Shown piece after piece: positions 9,044 through 18,866 of a stretch of DNA of 64,000 nucleotides. This DNA comes from a bacterium (GTDB lineage: Bacteria > Patescibacteriota > Minisyncoccia > Phycocordibacterales > CAIZIN01). The notes beneath the pieces were generated by a model, which worked only from the letters and a program-made list of their open reading frames with translations, ran no database searches and was not told the DNA's origin. Position numbers and translations under genes: made by a program. Numbering within the stretch: position 1 is the stretch's first letter; each line of letters opens with the position of its first letter. The stretch lies in NCBI GenBank assembly GCA_037131675.1, contig JBAXQO010000001.1, positions 25,795-89,794 of the forward strand. The letters are read 5' to 3'.

Positions 9044-9646
9044 ATGAAAATTGAAGTAATGAATCCATTCCAGCAGCACAACATTGTTGGAAAAGTAGTT
9101 TCTGCATACCAAAAAGTTTTTGGTGGCGAACCGTGGAAAGAGGGTTACAAATGTCCTATCTGTGGAACTGAAGTGCCACTTAATTTTGAGAATGAAGTTT
9201 GTCCAGCTTGTGCGGGTGATGGAAAATCTATCTTACTCATAGAAAGTTGGCCAGCAAGTAAGGTTACTTCAGATTTCTATAAAGAAATGAGCAAACCTGA
9301 AGCTTTGTGTATGGTAGCAGAGAAAGAAAATGAGGTTGTTGGTTTTGCGTGGGGGTATAAAATATGTATTACCTCTGAAACCGATACTTATCTTGACGCA
9401 CCTAATGTTCACAAACTAGTTGCGGGAGAAGTATTCTATCTCGATGAGGTTGCTGTTTTGCCAGAATATCAAGGAATGGGTATTGGCAAAAGTATCGTCA
9501 AAGAAATATTTTCCGCCCAGAAACATAAAACTATCTTACTTAGAACTTTAGCAGATTCGCCAATGTTTTACCTCACGAAAAAAATGGGAGGGAAAGTTAT
9601 CCTCAATATTTCAAGGGGTCGAGTTATTATGTTACTAAATCTTTAA
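9044..9646 (+). CDS. GNAT acetyltransferase with N-terminal CxxC-x17-CxxC zinc ribbon
   Basis: CPICG...CPACAG ribbon. LDEVAVLPEYQGMGIGKSIV is GNAT motif A. Confidence 0.6.
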   Translation: MKIEVMNPFQQHNIVGKVVSAYQKVFGGEPWKEGYKCPICGTEVPLNFENEVCPACAGDGKSILLIESWPASKVTSDFYKEMSKPEALCMVAEKENEVVGFAWGYKICITSETDTYLDAPNVHKLVAGEVFYLDEVAVLPEYQGMGIGKSIVKEIFSAQKHKTILLRTLADSPMFYLTKKMGGKVILNISRGRVIMLLNL

Positions 9647-9653
9647 AAGTAAG

Positions 9654-9682
9654 GCCTGGTGTTTTTAACACTAGGCTTTTTT
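9654..9682. terminator. Bidirectional terminator between convergent genes
   Basis: 10-bp stem GCCTGGTGTT/AACACTAGGC (one G-U), 3-nt loop, T6 run. Confidence 0.6.
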
Positions 9683-10489
9683 CTTTTCTCCAAGTAAAAA
9701 GGCTTCTTCCCCACCAGTTTCAACATTTCTAGCAAAGAGAATTATACTGTCTTTCTGTGCTCTGACTTCTTCTTTCCCATCTGTTCCAATAACTTGTCCT
9801 AAGTTTATTTCTTCAAAATCACTGAATTCTTTTGTGAGTTTAAAATTATTTTTTGTAATATAAATTGAATACATTTGAATATAATTTTGTGTATATATTT
9901 GTCTTTCTCCAGATACGTGCTCCCTAGCGCGGAGAAATGTATAGATACTTTCTTCGGCTATTTCCGTTGATTTTTGATCTCCAAGATACCCACATTCAAC
10001 ACAAATTCCAATTTTACCAATGCTGTTCATGTAGTAATCTGTCCCACCAGGTTCCACCTGATCAAAGCCAGATACAATAAGCGAAAACGGTAAATATTTC
10101 ACAATTTCTTTTGAATTTGGTTCACAAATGATAAATCTCTGACTTGCAGGAGTATAGCTTGCATGAATATCAAGAAGAACGTCGGCTTGATCAAGATACT
10201 TTTTTAGAAATTGAGCGCGAGAATATTCGTAACTTTCCTTTTCTTTTTCAGACAATAACTCATCTGACTTAAACATTCGGTTTAGATTTGCTTCAGTATA
10301 ACGAACATTTTGGTCTATGGATTGTGGGTTTCCATAAGCAAAAAACGCTTTACCTTTTTGTATTTCAAGTTTAGACAGTATTTTATTTAAGGCTTCAACC
10401 CCACACTTTTCATTACCATGGACACCCACCAAAATCATACTTGTTGGCCCAGGTTCTCTACCCACTAATTCAATAACATTTTCGTACAT
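9671..10489 (-). CDS. AstE/AspA family zinc deacylase (succinylglutamate desuccinylase/aspartoacylase-like)
   Basis: GVHGNE zinc-binding motif near N-terminus and overall length typical of AstE_AspA / M14-like fold. Confidence 0.55.
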   Translation of the reverse strand: MYENVIELVGREPGPTSMILVGVHGNEKCGVEALNKILSKLEIQKGKAFFAYGNPQSIDQNVRYTEANLNRMFKSDELLSEKEKESYEYSRAQFLKKYLDQADVLLDIHASYTPASQRFIICEPNSKEIVKYLPFSLIVSGFDQVEPGGTDYYMNSIGKIGICVECGYLGDQKSTEIAEESIYTFLRAREHVSGERQIYTQNYIQMYSIYITKNNFKLTKEFSDFEEINLGQVIGTDGKEEVRAQKDSIILFARNVETGGEEAFLLGEKKKA

Positions 10490-10527
10490 ATAAACATACT
10501 AACACTTTGCTTTAGTTAAGTAAAGTA

Positions 10528-11007
10528 TTAGGATATTTTATTAAGTATATGATCGGCAGTTTCTTCTGGAGCTTGATCTGAATTATCTATTATCTCCCCG
10601 AAAGAAGGGTTGGGTATTCCGATATTATAATGATGTTGAATTCTTTCTTTTTCCCAATCATCCAACTCTCGAGTACCCCTGTTTGTAAGAGCTTTTTCAA
10701 GTTTTGGTGCAAGGGTAAAAATGTAAATTTTAGTATCAACATCTTTTAAGCTACCCATCATATAATCATAATTTTTCTGAGATAAAGGATACGGGACTAT
10801 TACATTTAATTTCCTGCTAGAAAAGTTCTTAACCACAGAAAGCGCATTCTCAAGATTTATTGGTACAGATTGGTCTATAGGCATCCAATCAATCATCGCT
10901 CGGAGAACATCAATTTCCACCAAAGCAGTATTGGCAATCCTTTTTGCTAAAATATTGGCTACTGTGCTTTTTCCTGAATTTATTGAACCATTTAGAAAAA
11001 TAATCAT
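10528..11007 (-). CDS. P-loop kinase, chloramphenicol-phosphotransferase-like (AAA_33/CPT family)
   Basis: MIIFLNGSINSGKST Walker A at extreme N-terminus, as in CPT-family small-molecule kinases. Confidence 0.5.
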   Translation of the reverse strand: MIIFLNGSINSGKSTVANILAKRIANTALVEIDVLRAMIDWMPIDQSVPINLENALSVVKNFSSRKLNVIVPYPLSQKNYDYMMGSLKDVDTKIYIFTLAPKLEKALTNRGTRELDDWEKERIQHHYNIGIPNPSFGEIIDNSDQAPEETADHILNKIS

Positions 11008-11010
11008 AAA

Positions 11011-12036
11011 TTAATGTTTACTTATCACAATACTTTTCTTTTTAGTATCCACTCTTACCTCTCCGCCAATAGGGAAAGTGATTATGGGACTCGTATGGCC
11101 GAAATCTACATTTGCAATCACAGGAATGTTTTTTAGTTCTGCTTTGCTTTTTATAATCTTAATCAATTTTTCTTTTGTTACATTACTCGTTTTTTGGAAT
11201 CTACCAATTACAATTCCTTTTACACCTTCAAAAGACGGTTGGTGAATGAGTGATTGTAAATCTCTATCAAAATGAACAGCTTTTGATTCATCATCATCCT
11301 CCAAAAACAAAACTGAATCTTTCAGATTTGGCATATATTCAGTTCCTTGGATAAGGTTAAACGTACCCAAGTTGGCACCGAGCAATGTACCCGAAGCTTT
11401 CCCTTTATTTATTACAAGCCAACCGTCATTTTTGATCACCTCTCTTTTATCCTGGTCTTTATACCACACATCATCTGTCCATGTTTCAGAAGGTTCGATA
11501 GCAAATTCAGCATCAGACATGAGGCACTTTTTGAAATATTCCAGCGTGTAATCAAAGTATAATTTCTGTCCAAAAGTAGACCATGCTGGTCCAGAATATG
11601 TAACCAAGCCAGTCTTTGCAAAAATTGCATTTTGTAGAGCTGTCGTATCAGAATATCCAATAAATACTTTGGGGTTCTTTTTTATAATATCCCAATCAAT
11701 ATATCTCAAAAGTTGATTACAGTTGAATCCACCAATGACAGCAAATACAGCTTTGACTTTTGGGTCTTGAAAAGCTTTGTGTAAATCACTTACTCTTGAT
11801 TTTATTGACGAAGAATTAAACTCGTCTATTTCTTCGACGTTTTTACCGAAAGATATTTTAAATCCAAGATCTGAAAGTCTTTTATTTGCAATATCTCTTA
11901 TGTCTTGTGAGATGATAGCAGCCGAGCTAGATGGGGCTATGATTCGTATTTCATCCCCTGTTTGTAATTTTTTTGGAAATATTTTTTTCATTACTTTAAT
12001 ATTACCGAAAACACTATTTTTGTCTATTTGTGTCAA
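11011..12036 (-). CDS. Peptidase S66 LD-carboxypeptidase (LdcA/MccF family)
   Basis: IRIIAPSS...GYSDTTALQNAIFAKTGLVTYSGP matches the conserved S66 nucleophile region (GYSDxTAL). Confidence 0.7.
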   Translation of the reverse strand: MTQIDKNSVFGNIKVMKKIFPKKLQTGDEIRIIAPSSSAAIISQDIRDIANKRLSDLGFKISFGKNVEEIDEFNSSSIKSRVSDLHKAFQDPKVKAVFAVIGGFNCNQLLRYIDWDIIKKNPKVFIGYSDTTALQNAIFAKTGLVTYSGPAWSTFGQKLYFDYTLEYFKKCLMSDAEFAIEPSETWTDDVWYKDQDKREVIKNDGWLVINKGKASGTLLGANLGTFNLIQGTEYMPNLKDSVLFLEDDDESKAVHFDRDLQSLIHQPSFEGVKGIVIGRFQKTSNVTKEKLIKIIKSKAELKNIPVIANVDFGHTSPIITFPIGGEVRVDTKKKSIVISKH

Positions 12037-12038
12037 AT

Positions 12039-12740
12039 TTATACACCCCCAACCCTATTCATCTTCACATATTCAATTACCTCCTCCAAAGCTATATCAA
12101 AATCATGATTTTTCTCCCATGATTCTTTTATAACTTCTCGTAGTTTTACATGCTGTAGGTATCCGTTATCTGGTTGAAAACTTAAGTCACCAAATTCAAG
12201 ATTGAGTAATACAGTGAAAGATTCTTTAACATCCCACATTTCGTTTTTTGTGAGCCCCTCTTCTTCACAGATACGGTCGTAATATTTATGAAACATAAAA
12301 TGCATAAGCTCGTGCATTGCAACATCCATACAAGCATACTTATTCCTGAACATATCTGTAGCAAACCATTTTTCTTGTGTGTTATATCCAAATCTCCCAG
12401 CTGAAGACAAGACTCCCTTAATTGACTGTTCCGAAAATGGAAACTTATGAACTTTTTCTAGTCTTTCTATAAATTCTTCCTCAATCTTCATCCATTCATT
12501 ATTTATATCTTCTGCTAGTGATAGGAGCTTTTCTTCCTGTGAGTAGTATCTTTCTATCCTTTTCTCTATTTCAGCCTGAACCTCTATTTCTGAAAGCTCT
12601 GAAAATTTTTCAAGATTTTCATTTTTGTATTGGCTAAAACCTTGAGCCTTGATTCGTTTATAGGAATTAATGCCAATGTAATAGTTTGCAATATCTATAT
12701 CTTTATCCACAACAAACTGAACAATTTGAGTCTGTTTCAT
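12039..12740 (-). CDS. Hypothetical protein with HExxH motif (putative zinc metallopeptidase)
   Basis: AMHELMHFMFH motif. No further family recognised. Confidence 0.35.
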   Translation of the reverse strand: MKQTQIVQFVVDKDIDIANYYIGINSYKRIKAQGFSQYKNENLEKFSELSEIEVQAEIEKRIERYYSQEEKLLSLAEDINNEWMKIEEEFIERLEKVHKFPFSEQSIKGVLSSAGRFGYNTQEKWFATDMFRNKYACMDVAMHELMHFMFHKYYDRICEEEGLTKNEMWDVKESFTVLLNLEFGDLSFQPDNGYLQHVKLREVIKESWEKNHDFDIALEEVIEYVKMNRVGGV

Positions 12741-12823
12741 TGGTTAACATCTTACCACAAATAGTTTCTAGACTCACATATATAGGTTGATTTTATCCAA
12801 ACCTACTGTATTATGAACATATT

Positions 12824-13747
12824 ATGGTAAAAGTTTTTGGACATATATCACCGGACACGGATTCGGTAGGTTGTGCAATTTTATGGTCTTGGTATTTAAA
12901 CACTCACGCTTCACATGATGCAACGCCTTTTGTGCTTGGTAAATTAAACAAAGAGACATCTTTTATGCTAGAGAGATGGGGTGTTTCTGAGCCAAGTTTA
13001 CTCGAGACTATTGCTAAAGGTGAAAAAGTTGTCATTGTGGACACTAACAATCCGCAAGAACTACTCGAGAGTGTTGCAGATGCGGATATTATCCAAATCA
13101 TTGACCACCACAAACTTGTGGGAGGACTTTCTACAAATGTTCCGTTGGAAATGACCATCCGACCTTTAGCTTCTACAGCAACTGTTATGCACGACCTATT
13201 GGGAGAACACGCGGAGACCATGCCTAAAAACATGGCGGGAATTATGTTGTCTTGTATTCTTTCAGACACTTTAGGTTTTAGATCCCCCACTACCACACCT
13301 CACGATAAGGACGTAGCAGAAAAACTAGCTTCAAAACTTAAGATTGATATTCAAAAATATGCAGATGAAATGTTTACTGCAAAATCTGATGTTTCAGACT
13401 TTACAGATGCTGGACTTATACACCTCGACAGCAAGAAGTTTGATGTTGGAAATAGAAACATTCGTGTTTCTGTAGTAGAGACCACTAATCCAAAATCTAT
13501 TCTCGACAGAAAAGACTCTTTGATTGAAGCTATCAAAAATGATATCGCTCAAGATGGTGCGGATGATATTCTTTTCTTTGTTGTAGATATTTTGAAAGAA
13601 GAGTCTACAGTATTTACATACAATAATTTTACAAAAGGAATTATTGAAGCTTCGTTTGAAGTAACAGTGGATTCAGATACAAAAGTTTTACCAGGAATTG
13701 TATCTCGCAAGAAACAGATTATCCCAGCCCTTCAGTTGCCTGCTTAA
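12824..13747 (+). CDS. ppaC: Family II (Mn-dependent, DHH) inorganic pyrophosphatase
   Basis: HISPDTDSVGC N-terminal motif, IDHHK DHH motif, ILSDTLGFRSPTTT DHHA2 region; ~307 aa. Confidence 0.85.
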   Translation: MVKVFGHISPDTDSVGCAILWSWYLNTHASHDATPFVLGKLNKETSFMLERWGVSEPSLLETIAKGEKVVIVDTNNPQELLESVADADIIQIIDHHKLVGGLSTNVPLEMTIRPLASTATVMHDLLGEHAETMPKNMAGIMLSCILSDTLGFRSPTTTPHDKDVAEKLASKLKIDIQKYADEMFTAKSDVSDFTDAGLIHLDSKKFDVGNRNIRVSVVETTNPKSILDRKDSLIEAIKNDIAQDGADDILFFVVDILKEESTVFTYNNFTKGIIEASFEVTVDSDTKVLPGIVSRKKQIIPALQLPA

Positions 13748-13761
13748 GTTGTTTTATAAAA

Positions 13762-13796
13762 GAAAAGCCGCGACCCCTAGGGGTCGCGGCTTTTCT
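13762..13796. terminator. Bidirectional terminator between ppaC and dnaJ
   Basis: 11-bp GC-rich stem GCCGCGACCCC/GGGGTCGCGGC, loop TAGG, flanked by A-run and T-run. Confidence 0.7.
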
Positions 13797-13803
13797 TTTA
13801 TAA

Positions 13804-14883
13804 TTATATTCCCTCTTTTTTAAGATCTTCGATAAGCTGTGCAGCCTGTCTTGATATTTTCTTTGGAAGCTGAATTTCGATGTGGACCAGAAAGTCCCCT
13901 CTGCGTCTTGAATCGACCGGAACACCCTTTTCTTTAATCCTTAATATCTCACCAAAATGGACTCCCGCTGGAATTTTTATCTTAATTGGTCCGTCCAATG
14001 TTTCAAGTGTTTGCTCTGTTCCAAGAAGCGCGTCTGAGAGCTTCACTGCAAGCTTTGTTACAAGGTTACTACCTTCTTTATGAATCATTGCATGAGGCTT
14101 CACATGGACACGAATATAAAGATCTCCGGCAGTTCCTCTAGCAGTTTCCTCTCCAGCTCCAGAAAGTCGCACCATCTCACCATTTTCTATACCTGTAGGA
14201 ATTTTAACTTTCAGATTGTGCTCTTTGCGGCGAACTCCTTGACCGTGACAAACTTTACATTTTTCTTTTGGAATTTTTCCAGAACCGTGACACTGGTCAC
14301 AAGTTCGTTGAGTTGAAAATGATCCAAATATAGAAGATTTAGTTTCTCGGACTGTTCCGCTACCGTGACATTTTGAACATGTGATTATTTCAGTTTTTGG
14401 TTCACCTCCTGTTCCTTTACAGTTTTCACACTGAGACATTTTATTAAGATGAATCTCACGCTCTACACCAAAAATTGATTCTTTGAATGTCAGTTCAATA
14501 TCAATGGAAATATCTTGGCCTCTAGGTGCTCGCTCTTGTCTCCCTCCTCTGCCACCTCCAAAAAATTCTCCAAAAATATCACCTAGATCAAATTCCATAC
14601 CGCCACCTTGATTGAATTGCGAAAAATCAAATCCACCAAAACCAGATGTATCGAAACCACCACCATTTCCACCAGGTGTAGCACTTCCATACATGTCATA
14701 TTGAGAACGCTTCTTTTCATCAGAAAGTATACTATACGCTTCACTTGCTTCTTTGAATTTTTTTTCATCACCACCTGTTTTGTCTGGGTGATATTGGTGC
14801 GCAAGTTTACGAAACGCTTTTTTAATATCATCTTGTGAAGCGTTTTTCTCAACACCTAAAATTTTGTAATAATCTTTTGCCAT
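13804..14883 (-). CDS. dnaJ: Chaperone DnaJ
   Basis: J-domain (YYKILGV...HPDK), G/F-rich linker, four CxxCxGxG zinc-finger repeats. Confidence 0.9.
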   Translation of the reverse strand: MAKDYYKILGVEKNASQDDIKKAFRKLAHQYHPDKTGGDEKKFKEASEAYSILSDEKKRSQYDMYGSATPGGNGGGFDTSGFGGFDFSQFNQGGGMEFDLGDIFGEFFGGGRGGRQERAPRGQDISIDIELTFKESIFGVEREIHLNKMSQCENCKGTGGEPKTEIITCSKCHGSGTVRETKSSIFGSFSTQRTCDQCHGSGKIPKEKCKVCHGQGVRRKEHNLKVKIPTGIENGEMVRLSGAGEETARGTAGDLYIRVHVKPHAMIHKEGSNLVTKLAVKLSDALLGTEQTLETLDGPIKIKIPAGVHFGEILRIKEKGVPVDSRRRGDFLVHIEIQLPKKISRQAAQLIEDLKKEGI

Positions 14884-14953
14884 AATTTTATTTTTCTCGA
14901 TGTAATCCGAGCCTCTTGGAAAATACCAAGAAGCTCTTCATTACACTAAGAAA

Positions 14954-16870
14954 TTATTTTCCTTCAGTACCGTTATCGTCTTTCTTTTCTTCTTTAAACT
15001 CTGCGTCACGAACATTTTCATCTTTTGGAGCTTCACTCGCTGCTCCCTGCTGAGGTTGAGCTTCTTGAGCCTGCTTTGCCATGTATTCACCTATTTTTGA
15101 GATTTCTGTTGAGAGCTCTGATGTTGCTTTCTTTGTAACTTCAAGATCTGTGCCGTCTTTTACTTTCTTTAATTCATCAATTTTTTCTTGAACACCTTTC
15201 TTGATGTCTTCAGTAATTTTATCAGCATTATCTTTTACAGATTTTTCTGCAGTGTAAATAAGCTGTTCTGCAATGTTTTTTGCTTCAATTTCATCGCGCT
15301 TCTTTTTATCTTCCTCGCCATGCATTTCAGCATCCTTCTGCATTTTCTCAATATCTTCTTTTGAAAGACCTGAACTTGCTTCAATGCGGATTGACTGCTC
15401 CTTACCTGTTGATTTATCTCTTGCTTTTACATTGAGAATTCCGTTTGCATCAACATCAAAAGAAACTTCAACCTGTGGCACACCACGAGGTGCTGTTGGA
15501 ATTCCATCGAGAATAAATTGACCAAGAGATTTGTTATCCTTTGCCATGGCGCGTTCACCCTGGACAATGTGAATTTCTACAGATGTCTGATTGTCTGCCG
15601 CTGTAGAAAATACTTGTGAGCGAGAAGTTGGAATGGTTGTGTTTTTCTCAACAAGTTTTGTTGCAACACCTCCCATTGTCTCAATACCAAGTGATAATGG
15701 AATAACATCAAGAAGTAACACATCTTTCACATCGCCCGTGAAAATACCACCTTGAATTGCGGCACCAATAGCTACCACTTCGTCTGGATTCACACCCATA
15801 TGTGGCTCCTTTCCGAAGAATGCTTTTACCGCATTTTGCATTGCTGGCATTCGTGTCTGGCCTCCAACAAGAATGATTTCATTGAGATCTTCTTTTTTGA
15901 ATGGAGAAGCTTCAAGTGCACGTTTTGTAATTTCCATTGCACGGTCGATAAATTCTTGTGTAAGCTCTTCAAGCTTTGTGCGAGTTATTGTAAGAAGAAG
16001 GTGTCGAGGACCTGAAGCATCTGAAGTGATGAATGGAATATTTACTTCTGTCTGTACAGCTGTTGAAAGCTCAATCTTTGCTTTTTCGGCAGCTTCATCA
16101 AGTCGCTGAAGTGCTAGTGCATCAGTTCGTACATCAATACCTGATTCTTTTTTGAATTCATCTGCAATATAGTTGAGGATCTTCTGATCAATATCTTTAC
16201 CTCCCAAGTGCGCGTCTCCGTCTGTAGATTTTACTTCTACAACATCACCGCCCACCTCAAGAATAGAAACATCAAATGTTCCTCCACCGAAGTCGAACAC
16301 TGCGATTTTTTCATCTTTCTTTTTATCGAAGCCATACGCAAGAGCTGCGGCTGTAGGCTCATTAATGATTCGCTTCACATCAAGACCTGCAATCTTCCCT
16401 GCATCTTTTGTAGCTTGTCGCTGTGCATCGTTGAAATATGCAGGAACAGTAATCACAGCTTCTGTAATTTTTTCACCCAAACGAGCTTCCACATCTGATT
16501 TAATTTTCTGAAGAATCATTGCTGAAATTTCTTCTGGGCGATACCACTTCTCATCCATCTTTACTTCAATACCGCCATTGTCAGATTTTCGAGTTTCAAA
16601 TGGAACAGATTTTCTATCTTTCTCTACTCCAGCTTCATCGAAGTTGTGACCGATAAATCGTTTAATTTGAAAGATTGTGTTCTTTGGGTTTGTAACAGCT
16701 TGTCGTTTTGCGATAACGCCAACAAGTCTCTCACCTGTTTTTGACTGAGCAATGATAGATGGAGTTGTACGAGCGCCTTCTGCGTTCTCAAGGATTTTTG
16801 GAACACCGGCTTCCATCACCGCCACTGCTGAGTTTGTTGTACCTAAGTCGATACCAATAATTTTAGACAT
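14954..16870 (-). CDS. dnaK: Chaperone DnaK (Hsp70)
   Basis: [22 protein letters not shown], full-length Hsp70 signatures. Confidence 0.95.
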   Translation of the reverse strand: MSKIIGIDLGTTNSAVAVMEAGVPKILENAEGARTTPSIIAQSKTGERLVGVIAKRQAVTNPKNTIFQIKRFIGHNFDEAGVEKDRKSVPFETRKSDNGGIEVKMDEKWYRPEEISAMILQKIKSDVEARLGEKITEAVITVPAYFNDAQRQATKDAGKIAGLDVKRIINEPTAAALAYGFDKKKDEKIAVFDFGGGTFDVSILEVGGDVVEVKSTDGDAHLGGKDIDQKILNYIADEFKKESGIDVRTDALALQRLDEAAEKAKIELSTAVQTEVNIPFITSDASGPRHLLLTITRTKLEELTQEFIDRAMEITKRALEASPFKKEDLNEIILVGGQTRMPAMQNAVKAFFGKEPHMGVNPDEVVAIGAAIQGGIFTGDVKDVLLLDVIPLSLGIETMGGVATKLVEKNTTIPTSRSQVFSTAADNQTSVEIHIVQGERAMAKDNKSLGQFILDGIPTAPRGVPQVEVSFDVDANGILNVKARDKSTGKEQSIRIEASSGLSKEDIEKMQKDAEMHGEEDKKKRDEIEAKNIAEQLIYTAEKSVKDNADKITEDIKKGVQEKIDELKKVKDGTDLEVTKKATSELSTEISKIGEYMAKQAQEAQPQQGAASEAPKDENVRDAEFKEEKKDDNGTEGK

Positions 16871-16984
16871 AAATTTAAATTAGTTAAAAAATAAATAATA
16901 AAATAGAAATAATGGATAGCAAAACAATTCATAAAGTTATCAATGACATAGGATCATCTACGACTTTATGAGTTTTAATATACT

Positions 16985-17287
16985 TTATACAAAAGCCGGA
17001 GCGCGAGTTGGTTGACTTACGAAAAACAAAAGTTTTGAATATGGGGATACGATTGGTTGGTAGTATGTTTTTTGCGATATGATTTCCCCTGTTTTTTCAC
17101 ATGCTCCACAAATAGCAAGCGGTGACATGTGGGAAGTTGTTTGTTCCCCAGAAAAGCGTACAGAAATAACCCGAGCTTTAAGCTTCCCATTTTCAATAGA
17201 TACAAGAAAATGAACCAAGGCGACTCTTCCGTCCGCCATCTTTATGATTTTAGGCACTATTTTGCTTTGGGTTTGTAGTGCGAGCAT
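16985..17287 (-). CDS. Hypothetical small protein (possibly spurious)
   Basis: ORF only. No motif recognised. Lies within the GC-rich-repeat-flanked segment between dnaK and grpE. Confidence 0.2.
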   Translation of the reverse strand: MLALQTQSKIVPKIIKMADGRVALVHFLVSIENGKLKARVISVRFSGEQTTSHMSPLAICGACEKTGEIISQKTYYQPIVSPYSKLLFFVSQPTRAPAFV

Positions 17288-17332
17288 TACCTTAATTATA
17301 CCTATTTTTAGAGTTTGTAAAGAGTATCAAAA

Positions 17333-17578
17333 TCACAACCTCTTTGTTTTCAAATCCTCATAACCTCCACCGTTTGTAACATTCGTAAAACCAAGAGATT
17401 CTAAAATATTTTTAGAGCGGGAGGCTCTCCCACCCGAAACACAATATAATAAAATTGGTGAATCTTTTGGAAAGTTCGGAAATTTACCCTCATTCATATC
17501 AGAGAGGTCGATGTTAATTGAATTATCGAGATGTCCGTTTTCGAACTCTTCTTTACTACTTATATCTATGATGTACAT
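17333..17578 (-). CDS. Single-domain rhodanese-like protein (N-terminal extent uncertain; ORF open to 17683)
   Basis: IIDISSKEEFENGH...LLYCVSGGRASRS...GFTNV matches rhodanese fold with active-site Cys loop (CVSGGRA). Confidence 0.55.
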   Translation of the reverse strand: MYIIDISSKEEFENGHLDNSINIDLSDMNEGKFPNFPKDSPILLYCVSGGRASRSKNILESLGFTNVTNGGGYEDLKTKRL

Positions 17579-17669
17579 TTTATTTCTTGAACTGTCACAA
17601 ATATTTTTCTGGAGAAAAATTTTCTGACCACACCTCGCGCCGTCGCGCTCCGGTCTTACGTTCAGGCGT

Positions 17670-18263
17670 CTACCTAAACTCACCCACTTTCACCCGTGGA
17701 GCTTTTATTAACTTACCATTGAGTTCGTAACCTTTTTGTACAACTTCCACAACAACATGATCTTTTGATTCATCTTCAACTGGAATATGTTCCAGTGCCT
17801 CATCTCTGTTTGGATCAAATTTCAAACCGAGAGGATTTACCTCTTTCAAACCGTTGGTCTCCAAAACATTTCTAAATTGAGAATAAATATATTCAACACC
17901 TACTCGCCAATTCTTATCTACTTTCTCCCACAATTCTTTATTTACAAAAGCCATATCAAAGCTCTGAAGTACGGGAATTAGGTCATCTACAAGCCTCTCA
18001 GAGGCGTATTTCATGATGTCTTTACGTCTAAGCTCCTCCTCTTTTTTACTATTCATGTAGTCGGCTTTTGTTCGCTGCCAGCCATCAAGATATTCTTGTT
18101 TTTCTTTTGTACAAATCTTTAATTTTTCACGAAGTTTTTTCACTGTCTCCTGAAGAGACTCTTCTGCCAAAACACTGTCGTCCAATGTTTCATCGGATTC
18201 AATCACTACATCGTCATCATTTTCTTCACTTTCAATAGGTTTTTTTGAGTTTTCGTCTGTCAT
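17670..18263 (-). CDS. grpE: Nucleotide exchange factor GrpE
   Basis: C-terminal FDPNRDEALEHIPVED...VVEVVQKGYELNGKLIKAPRVKV matches GrpE. ATG at 18261-18263 preferred over TTG at 18284. Confidence 0.85.
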   Translation of the reverse strand: MTDENSKKPIESEENDDDVVIESDETLDDSVLAEESLQETVKKLREKLKICTKEKQEYLDGWQRTKADYMNSKKEEELRRKDIMKYASERLVDDLIPVLQSFDMAFVNKELWEKVDKNWRVGVEYIYSQFRNVLETNGLKEVNPLGLKFDPNRDEALEHIPVEDESKDHVVVEVVQKGYELNGKLIKAPRVKVGEFR

Positions 18264-18286
18264 AGAATGGATTATACCAAACAAAA

Positions 18287-18311
18287 AACCGTACGCAATG
18301 TACGGTTTTTT
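18287..18311 (-). other. Hairpin immediately upstream of grpE (CCGTAC-loop-GTACGG flanked by A/T runs)
   Basis: Seen directly. Not a CIRCE consensus. Could be a second terminator or regulatory stem. Confidence 0.35.
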
Positions 18312-18427
18312 GAATATTTATCGTTTACGTCACAACTCTCATCTTCGCCGTCGCTCAGATTCGGTCGCGACCCCGCCTCGTACTTTTTTCTACTGAAAAA
18401 AGTATACTCCGGCCGTCAAAACGATAA

Positions 18428-18453
18428 AAGCCTCCCGTTTGGGAGGCTTTTAA
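18428..18453 (-). terminator. Rho-independent terminator after rpsI
   Basis: Perfect 9-bp stem AAGCCTCCC/GGGAGGCTT, loop GTTT, A/T-run flanks. Confidence 0.7.
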
Positions 18454-18455
18454 AA

Positions 18456-18863
18456 CTATCGTTTTGACCACTGTGGAGCTTTTCGAGCTTTCTTGAGACC
18501 GAACTTACGTCGTTCTTTTGCTCTAGGATCTCGCATAAGGAAGCCAAGATCTTTAAGAGACTTTCGTAGTTCTTTATCGAAGATCAAAAGGGCTCGTGAT
18601 ACACCAAGGCGAACTGCTTCTGCCTGTGAGTGCATACCACCACCCATAACTTTTACTGTAATTGAGAATTTTGCAGGAACTTCAACTTTTGACAAAGCTT
18701 CGAGTGCAACATGCTGCTGCTCTTCAGTTTTGAAAAAATCACCTAAATCTTTCTCATTCACAACCATAGAAGTTTTTGGAGCTTCTGTCATGCGAACTCG
18801 AGCGACTGAAGTTTTTCGTCGTCCTACCGCCTCAATGTATTTTGCTGTTGTTGTTTTCGCCAT
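18456..18863 (-). CDS. rpsI: 30S ribosomal protein S9
   Basis: C-terminal ...DPRAKERRKFGLKKARKAPQWSKR typical of S9. Confidence 0.9.
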   Translation of the reverse strand: MAKTTTAKYIEAVGRRKTSVARVRMTEAPKTSMVVNEKDLGDFFKTEEQQHVALEALSKVEVPAKFSITVKVMGGGMHSQAEAVRLGVSRALLIFDKELRKSLKDLGFLMRDPRAKERRKFGLKKARKAPQWSKR

Positions 18864-18866
18864 AGA

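Noticed and set aside
17682-17700. Shared AAAAGCTCCAC motif at 17682-17700 and 18470-18484 suspected to be a repeat element
   Set aside because: Both copies lie inside the 3' ends of grpE and rpsI and simply encode the common K-A-P tripeptide. Coincidental.
18285-18455. Searched dnaK/grpE/dnaJ upstream regions for a CIRCE (TTAGCACTC-N9-GAGTGCTAA) HrcA operator
   Set aside because: No match found in 13748-13803, 16871-16984 or 18285-18455. Only generic hairpins/terminators are present, and no hrcA gene is in the window.
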